Shown here: positions 58,999 through 64,000 of the stretch, piece after piece | How positions within the stretch are numbered: position 1 is the stretch's first letter | Layout of the letters: each line of letters begins with the position of its first letter | Source: Actinomycetota bacterium | GTDB lineage: Bacteria > Actinomycetota > CADDZG01 > WHSQ01 | DNA: 64,000 nucleotides | Reading direction: 5' to 3' | Assembly (NCBI GenBank): GCA_035629935.1 | Contig: DASQLQ010000175.1 | Coordinates: forward strand, 3,606 to 67,605 | The notes under the pieces: generated by a model | What the model was told of the DNA's origin: nothing | What the model saw: only the letters and a program-made list of their open reading frames with translations | The model's database searches: none | Program-made: the position numbers and the translations under genes

Positions 58999-60108
58999 CA
59001 AACTAACCGAGCCAATGCGCGAAGCGACGGCGCTCGATATCTGAGATTGGTCATCGGGATCGGACGTTGGGCCGCTACCCTCTTCCTCTTCATCGGAGCG
59101 ATCCAGGTTCTCAAGACGGGCGCAGGCGAGCTCGACATCCTCGACGCCGGCGGCCGCTTTACTGCCAGCGCTCTCTCGACCTTGGGGTTGGGCTGGATCG
59201 GTGCCATGCTCACGCTCTCGGGCTCACCCGCGGTGGCCACTGCTCTGACTCTCCGCGCTACCGGAGCCATCGGCGAAGTACAGGCATTCACCATGGTGAC
59301 CGGGGCGCGGATGGGGGCCGCCTTCGTCGTTCTACTGGTGGCTGTTCTCTTCGCCTCCCGCCGAGCGGAGGGCCAGCGGATGGCCCCGATATCCACCGCC
59401 GTGATGACGCTCGTGATCACTGCAACCATGTACGTTCCCGGAGCCTTGATAGGCCTAGGGATCCTGGGATGGGATTCCTTCAAAGGCGTCCGTCTCCAAT
59501 CGCCTCCTACCTTCACGGGATTCCTGGATGCCGTCTACGACCCCATCCTCAGCCGGATCGAATCGTGGCCTCCGGCCATCCTGTTCGTGGGGGGCCTTGT
59601 CTTATTGGTCGTTTCGTTCAAGTTGCTCGATTCCATGGTTCCCGAGTTCGACGAGAAACGACTGTCCGACTCGGTTATGAAGCGCCTGCGATCCAAGTGG
59701 CCGATGTTCTTCCTCGGGATCGGGATCGTGATCGCGACGTTGTCCGTGTCGGTCGCGTTAACCGTTCTGATCCCGCTTGTCGGGAAGGGTTACCTCAAGA
59801 GGGAAGACCTAGTGCCCTACATCATCGGGGCCGATATCGGGACCCTGGTGGACAAGCTCCTGATCGCCTTTTTGGTCGGCGCGGGGACGATCAATCCGGC
59901 GTCCCCCGTTCGAGTCATACTCGCCGAGTTGGTAGGTGTAACCATCATGGGTCTAGTGATCATGGGCTTCATCTATATCCCGTTCCGAAGGGCCATCTGG
60001 AGGTTCCAGCGGCAGATGGTCCGAAGCAAACCTCGACTTGCAGCCTTTACGGGCGCTCTCTTCGTCATACCGATCGCTCTGATCGTGGTGGGTGTCGTCA
60101 CGACATGA
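58996..60108 (+). CDS. Na/Pi-cotransporter-like (PNaS family-like) membrane protein, copy 1
   Basis: 370 aa; two internal repeats resembling Na_Pi_cotrans signature regions (LSGSPAVATALTL..MVTGARMGAAF and LSVSVALTVLIPL..IIGADIGT); start GTG 58996 (TTG 59047 possible). Confidence 0.5.
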   Translation: MQTNRANARSDGARYLRLVIGIGRWAATLFLFIGAIQVLKTGAGELDILDAGGRFTASALSTLGLGWIGAMLTLSGSPAVATALTLRATGAIGEVQAFTMVTGARMGAAFVVLLVAVLFASRRAEGQRMAPISTAVMTLVITATMYVPGALIGLGILGWDSFKGVRLQSPPTFTGFLDAVYDPILSRIESWPPAILFVGGLVLLVVSFKLLDSMVPEFDEKRLSDSVMKRLRSKWPMFFLGIGIVIATLSVSVALTVLIPLVGKGYLKREDLVPYIIGADIGTLVDKLLIAFLVGAGTINPASPVRVILAELVGVTIMGLVIMGFIYIPFRRAIWRFQRQMVRSKPRLAAFTGALFVIPIALIVVGVVTT

Positions 60109-60359
60109 AGAGAGACGCCGACGCACACGTCACCCTGAAGATCCCGAGACCCCTCTACGAGGCCCTCAAGCAGGTGATCGAAGGATCGGGTTTCCACTCG
60201 GTCACCGAGTTCGCCGTCTACGTGCTGCGAGACCTGGTCTCGCACCGGCGAGACCCCTCCGCCCCGGCCCTCAAAGCGCCGGAGAGTGACGTGGAGGCCC
60301 TGAAGCCGGACGAGATAGAGGCCATCCGCAAGCGTCTGGAGTCCCTCGGTTACCTGTAA
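60105..60359 (+). CDS. ribbon-helix-helix (CopG/Arc/MetJ-like) small protein, copy 1
   Basis: 84 aa; ATGA coupling to the transporter; beta-strand VTLKIP + two helices ([30 protein letters not shown]); acidic linker; C-terminal [11 protein letters not shown]. Confidence 0.7.
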   Translation: MKRDADAHVTLKIPRPLYEALKQVIEGSGFHSVTEFAVYVLRDLVSHRRDPSAPALKAPESDVEALKPDEIEAIRKRLESLGYL

Positions 60360-60382
60360 AGACTGAGGGTCGAGAACCACCC

Positions 60383-60407
60383 TCCTATAGGAGTGTTATA
60401 ACACTCC
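60383..60407. promoter_or_regulatory. overlapping perfect palindromes upstream of transporter-RHH module 2
   Basis: CTCCTATAGGAG (60383-60394) overlapping GGAGTGTTATAACACTCC (60390-60407), ending 1 nt before ATG 60409. Confidence 0.55.
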
Positions 60408-60408
60408 G

Positions 60409-61458
60409 ATGCGCTTCGCTTGGTGGGTCCTCAAGTTTCTCCTCGCCTTATTCCTCTTCGTCGGGGCTCTGCAGGTGATGAAGACGGGCGCCGGAGGGAT
60501 AGGCGCCTTGCAACACGGGGGCCTACTGGTGAAGAACGCCGGTTCCACGTTGGGGCTTGGCTGGTTGGGCGCGCTCCTGGTCCTATCGGGCTCCCCGATC
60601 GCAGCTTCCGCCCTTTCCCTCGTCGCCTCGGGCGCCATCGACGAGATCGAAGGTTTCACGATGGTCACCGGGTCGAGGCTGGGCGCGGCGTTCGTCGTGC
60701 TGCTCGTCGCTGTGATCTACGCGTTGCGCGGAGGCGAAGGCAAGCGGATGGCTCCCGTGTCCACCGCGGTGATGGCGTTATCGACGACGGCATTGATCTA
60801 TGTCCCCGGCGCAGTGGTCGGCTTCGCTCTGTTGAAATGGGGGCCGTTCGCACAGCTGAAGCTGACCTTCCCCGGTCAATTCAGCGATCTGGTGGATCTC
60901 GTGTTCGGCCCCCTGCTCGAGCGGATCGAAAACCTTCCAGCGATCCTCCTCTTCGTGGGCGGGCTGGGGCTGCTCTTGGTCGCCTTCAAGTTGATCGACT
61001 CCGTAGTTCCCGAGATGTCGGGAGAATCGATCGAGCGGAACCGATTGTCCTGGCTCAGTGGCAAATGGACGATGTTCGGACTCGGCTGTCTCGTTGCCCT
61101 GATCGCGATGTCAGTGTCGGTCGCGCTGACCGTGCTGGTCCCCCTTGTAGCTAAGGGATACGTGAAACGCGAGGACATACTTCCGTACATCATGGGCGCG
61201 AACATCACGACATTGGGAGACACACTCTTGGCGGCGTTCCTGCTCCATTCACCGGCCGCGGTCAGGATCGTCCTCGCCGGGATCATCGGGACGAGCCTCA
61301 TCAGCATCCTGATACTCGCCTTCGCTTATCCACAGATCCGCCGAGGGATATGGAAGTTCCAACGACAGGTAGTGAAGAGCAAGCCGCGCCTGGCAGCCTT
61401 CACTGCGGCCTTATTCGCAGTTCCTGTGGCTTTGATCGTCATAGCGGGGGTGGTCTAG
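60409..61458 (+). CDS. Na/Pi-cotransporter-like (PNaS family-like) membrane protein, copy 2
   Basis: 349 aa; collinear with 58996..60108 at roughly 55-60% identity by eye. Confidence 0.5.
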   Translation: MRFAWWVLKFLLALFLFVGALQVMKTGAGGIGALQHGGLLVKNAGSTLGLGWLGALLVLSGSPIAASALSLVASGAIDEIEGFTMVTGSRLGAAFVVLLVAVIYALRGGEGKRMAPVSTAVMALSTTALIYVPGAVVGFALLKWGPFAQLKLTFPGQFSDLVDLVFGPLLERIENLPAILLFVGGLGLLLVAFKLIDSVVPEMSGESIERNRLSWLSGKWTMFGLGCLVALIAMSVSVALTVLVPLVAKGYVKREDILPYIMGANITTLGDTLLAAFLLHSPAAVRIVLAGIIGTSLISILILAFAYPQIRRGIWKFQRQVVKSKPRLAAFTAALFAVPVALIVIAGVV

Positions 61459-61706
61459 TGCCGAAAGAAGGAAGCGACAACCAGGTCACTCTGAAGATCC
61501 CACGACCTCTGTACGAGGCTCTGAAACAGGTCATCGAGGGCTCGGGGTTCCATTCCGTGACCGAGTTCGCCGTTTACGTCCTCCGCGATCTCGTCTCTCA
61601 CCGGAAGGGCGTGACCGACAAGGCCCCCGAGGCCGACGTGGAGGCCCTCAAGCCGGACGAGATCGAGGCCATCCGCAAGCGCCTCGAGTCTTTGGGGTAT
61701 CTCTAG
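61458..61706 (+). CDS. ribbon-helix-helix (CopG/Arc/MetJ-like) small protein, copy 2
   Basis: 82 aa; GTG overlapping the transporter TAG by 1 nt; 40-aa RHH core and 23-aa C-terminus identical to copy 1. Confidence 0.7.
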   Translation: MPKEGSDNQVTLKIPRPLYEALKQVIEGSGFHSVTEFAVYVLRDLVSHRKGVTDKAPEADVEALKPDEIEAIRKRLESLGYL

Positions 61707-61731
61707 CTATTCCGCTACACTCCGCGAACCA

Positions 61732-62484
61732 ATGGCGGTACAAAAAAACGGGCATCTGGTCGAGATCGACCACGTCACGAAGAGCTTCGGGTCGAACGTC
61801 GTTTTAGACGACGTCAGCCTGTCGATCAGTCGCGGGGAAGCGATCGTGATCGCAGGAGTCTCGGGCTCGGGGAAATCGACGATGCTGCGCTGCATCAACG
61901 GTCTCGAGACGGTCGATTCCGGCGACGTTCGGTTCGACGGGCAATCCATCACGGGGGCCGGCAAGGGGATCTTCGCCCTGAGGGCCGAGATGGGGATGGT
62001 GTTCCAGCAGTTCAACCTCTTCCCTCACAAGACCGTCTTCGACAACATCACCCTGGGCCCCATCGAGGTGAAAGGCGTCTCCGAGAAGGAAGCCGCCGAG
62101 CGGGCCAAGAAGCTCTTGGAGCGCGTTGGCATCCCGGAGAAGGCAGACCAGTATCCTGCGGACCTATCCGGGGGACAGCAGCAGCGGGTCGCCATCGCTC
62201 GGGCGCTTGCGATGGAACCGAAGCTGATGCTGTTCGACGAACCGACGTCGGCGCTCGACCCCGAGATGATCCGGGAGGTCCTCGACGTGATGCGGGACCT
62301 GGCGCGCGAGGGCATGACGATGATCGTCGTGACTCACGAGATGGGATTCGCTCGGGAGGTGTGTGACCGGATCGTGTTCATCGACGAAGGAAAGATCGTC
62401 GAGGAAGGGAGCCCGGAGGAGTTCTTCAACAACGCCCAGAGCCAGCGGGCACGAGATTTCGTAGACAAGATCCTGCATCACTGA
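61732..62484 (+). CDS. glnQ: polar amino acid ABC transporter ATP-binding protein
   Basis: 250 aa; Walker [37 protein letters not shown]. Confidence 0.92.
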   Translation: MAVQKNGHLVEIDHVTKSFGSNVVLDDVSLSISRGEAIVIAGVSGSGKSTMLRCINGLETVDSGDVRFDGQSITGAGKGIFALRAEMGMVFQQFNLFPHKTVFDNITLGPIEVKGVSEKEAAERAKKLLERVGIPEKADQYPADLSGGQQQRVAIARALAMEPKLMLFDEPTSALDPEMIREVLDVMRDLAREGMTMIVVTHEMGFAREVCDRIVFIDEGKIVEEGSPEEFFNNAQSQRARDFVDKILHH

Positions 62485-62515
62485 TGATGAAGGAAGAAAT
62501 GGAAGGGGGAATCGC

Positions 62516-63433
62516 ATGCAGAGTGTAAGGAAATGGCGTGGGCTCGTAGCCGCGCTGTCCATGGTCGCGCTTCTTGGTGTGGCCTGTGGTGGAGGTGAAG
62601 AGGAGCCGACGGATCCCGGCGCTGGAGCAGAGGAGCCGGAAGAGTTCCCGGCCGGTTCCACGATGGCGAAGTTGCAGGAAAAAGGCACGATCAAGGTGGG
62701 CGTCAAGTACGACGTTCCGCTCTTCGGATTCAAGAACCCGCAGTCGGGTGAGGTCGAAGGTTTCGACGTCGATCTCGCGCAGCGGGTGGCAGACGAGCTG
62801 GGCGTCGAGCTTAAGACGGTCGAGGCCATCTCGGACAACCGCATCCCCTTCCTCCAGGAAGGTACGGTCGACCTCGTCTTCTCCACCATGACGATCACGA
62901 CCGACCGGGATGCAGAGATCGACTTCTCCCGGCCGTACTTCATCGCTCACGGACGGGTCCTGGTACCCGGAGATTCCGACGTTAAGAGCATCAAGGACCT
63001 CGGCGAAGGGACGACGACCTGCACGGCCCTCGACTCGACCTACGAGACGACGGTCATTCCCAAGCAGGCGCCCGACACCGAGATCAAAGCACTCGGCAGC
63101 TACTCGGAGTGCTTCGCACAGCTGCAGCGGGGCTCGGTCGACGCTCTGATCACCGACAACGTGATCCTGGCCGGCTTCCTACAGCAGGACGACAGCATGG
63201 CAATCGTCGGTGAGGACCTCACCACGGATCCATACGGTGCCGGCATCAAGGAAGGCGACACCGAGTTCGCTGACTTCGTTTCGGGCGTGCTGGACGAGAC
63301 GCTCGAGGACGGCACGTGGCAGGACCTGTACGACAACTGGGTCGGCCAGTACACCGGTGATGAAGCAGAAGACCCCACCGACTGGACGCTCGAGCAAGCA
63401 CTAGAGACGTACCCCTGCGTCGAGACCTGCTAG
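62516..63433 (+). CDS. polar amino acid ABC transporter substrate-binding lipoprotein
   Basis: 305 aa; lipobox LLGVACG; type 2 SBP motifs (IKVGVKYDVPLFG, GFDVDLA, DLVFSTMTIT..R). Confidence 0.85.
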   Translation: MQSVRKWRGLVAALSMVALLGVACGGGEEEPTDPGAGAEEPEEFPAGSTMAKLQEKGTIKVGVKYDVPLFGFKNPQSGEVEGFDVDLAQRVADELGVELKTVEAISDNRIPFLQEGTVDLVFSTMTITTDRDAEIDFSRPYFIAHGRVLVPGDSDVKSIKDLGEGTTTCTALDSTYETTVIPKQAPDTEIKALGSYSECFAQLQRGSVDALITDNVILAGFLQQDDSMAIVGEDLTTDPYGAGIKEGDTEFADFVSGVLDETLEDGTWQDLYDNWVGQYTGDEAEDPTDWTLEQALETYPCVETC

Positions 63434-63462
63434 CAGCAGCCTCGACAACGGACTAAGAGACG

Positions 63463-64000
63463 ATGGAATTCTGGGAGGTGCTGCAACGGCACCTCCCAGA
63501 ATTCGTTTCGGGGTTCTTAACAACACTCAAGATCGTCGCGGCGGCATTCCTGATCGCCGTGGTGGTCGGAACGTTCGTCGCGGCCTTCCGCGTAGCGCCA
63601 TCGAAGTGGCTCAATCGCATCGGCAGCCTGTACGTCGAGTACTTCCGCAACATCCCTCTGTTGATCCTCGTTTTCATAATCTTTTACGGGCTCCCGGCCG
63701 AGCTGAACATCGACGAGACGATCGCCGGAATCGTTGGCCTGGGCCTCTACACCGCCGCCTACGTCGCCGAAACGGTTAGGTCGGGCGTCTTCGCGGTCGG
63801 TAAGGGCCAGATCGACGCGTCTCTCTCACTCGGCTTCACCTATTCGGCAACCCTGAGGCGCATAGTTCTCCCGCAAGCTTTTCGCACCGTCATCCCACCT
63901 CTGGGAAGCCTCACGATCGCCATGATCAAGAACTCCGCGGTCATCGGAGGGGCGCTTGCCGTGGCCGACCTATTGCACACCGCCCGCTTAGTGAACTCCG
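63463..64000 (+). CDS. polar amino acid ABC transporter permease (partial, runs off the window)
   Basis: Open frame from ATG 63463 to the window end; HisM/GlnP-like (YVEYFRNIPLLILVF, EAA-loop region SLSLGFTYSATLRRIVLPQA). Confidence 0.85.
   Translation, partial: MEFWEVLQRHLPEFVSGFLTTLKIVAAAFLIAVVVGTFVAAFRVAPSKWLNRIGSLYVEYFRNIPLLILVFIIFYGLPAELNIDETIAGIVGLGLYTAAYVAETVRSGVFAVGKGQIDASLSLGFTYSATLRRIVLPQAFRTVIPPLGSLTIAMIKNSAVIGGALAVADLLHTARLVNS
63466..63504 (+). other. 16-bp perfect stem, 7-nt loop hairpin at codons 2-14 of the permease gene
   Basis: GAATTCTGGGAGGTGC-TGCAACG-GCACCTCCCAGAATTC, verified base by base. Confidence 0.8.

Overview
High-GC (roughly 63-65% by eye), gene-dense chromosomal window. 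It is probably from an Actinomycetota-like bacterium: class E sortase with an LPXTG substrate, a DUF222-HNH (REP13E12-like) gene behind a mycobacterial-type SOS box, a GlnR-type box upstream of amt-glnK-glnD, and many ATGA/TGATG coupled genes. All calls come from reading the supplied ORF translations and the DNA by eye; no database search was run, so family names are motif-based recognitions. I support 65 protein-coding genes and found no rRNA, tRNA or CRISPR array.

Gene content, in order:
- Housekeeping and small-molecule genes: CBS protein, GGT, ychF, arginase, TerC, an aldo/keto reductase and others.
- A sortase E surface-protein operon.
- A lipid/acyl-CoA catabolic block: MaoC, a pair of acyl-CoA dehydrogenases, an SDR, a phosphotriesterase-like lactonase, an APH-type kinase with an ACAD10/11-like dehydrogenase, and a luciferase-like monooxygenase fused to SCP2.
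- A 12-gene run from 28433 to 40389 with no intergenic gap larger than 1 nt: TetR, a Liv-type ABC transporter with an embedded orphan secreted protein, then Zn-ADH, P450 and an OYE-like reductase.
- An ECF-like sigma factor fused to an extracytoplasmic domain, next to a LuxR-type HTH gene and an RTX-like protein.
- zwf-pgl, a DUF222-HNH gene, amt-glnK-glnD, a Ser/Thr kinase, twin CAP/SCP proteins and a PGRP-type amidase.
- Two tandem transporter plus ribbon-helix-helix (RHH) modules, then the start of a polar amino-acid ABC operon.

Most interesting non-obvious signals:
1. The duplicated transporter+RHH modules. The RHH core is 100% identical in protein while 22 of its 40 codons differ synonymously, and both modules are preceded by conserved TATA-centred palindromes.
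2. A REP-like structured repeat family with compensatory stem changes at 5 loci, one of them a tandem array.
3. A perfect 22-bp palindrome abutting the start codon of an AlkP/NPP-family phosphodiesterase gene.
4. A lactonase-kinase-ACAD10-like trio that suggests lactone/4-hydroxyacyl-CoA catabolism.
5. A probable CTG start codon for livF, and strong hairpins over two start regions.
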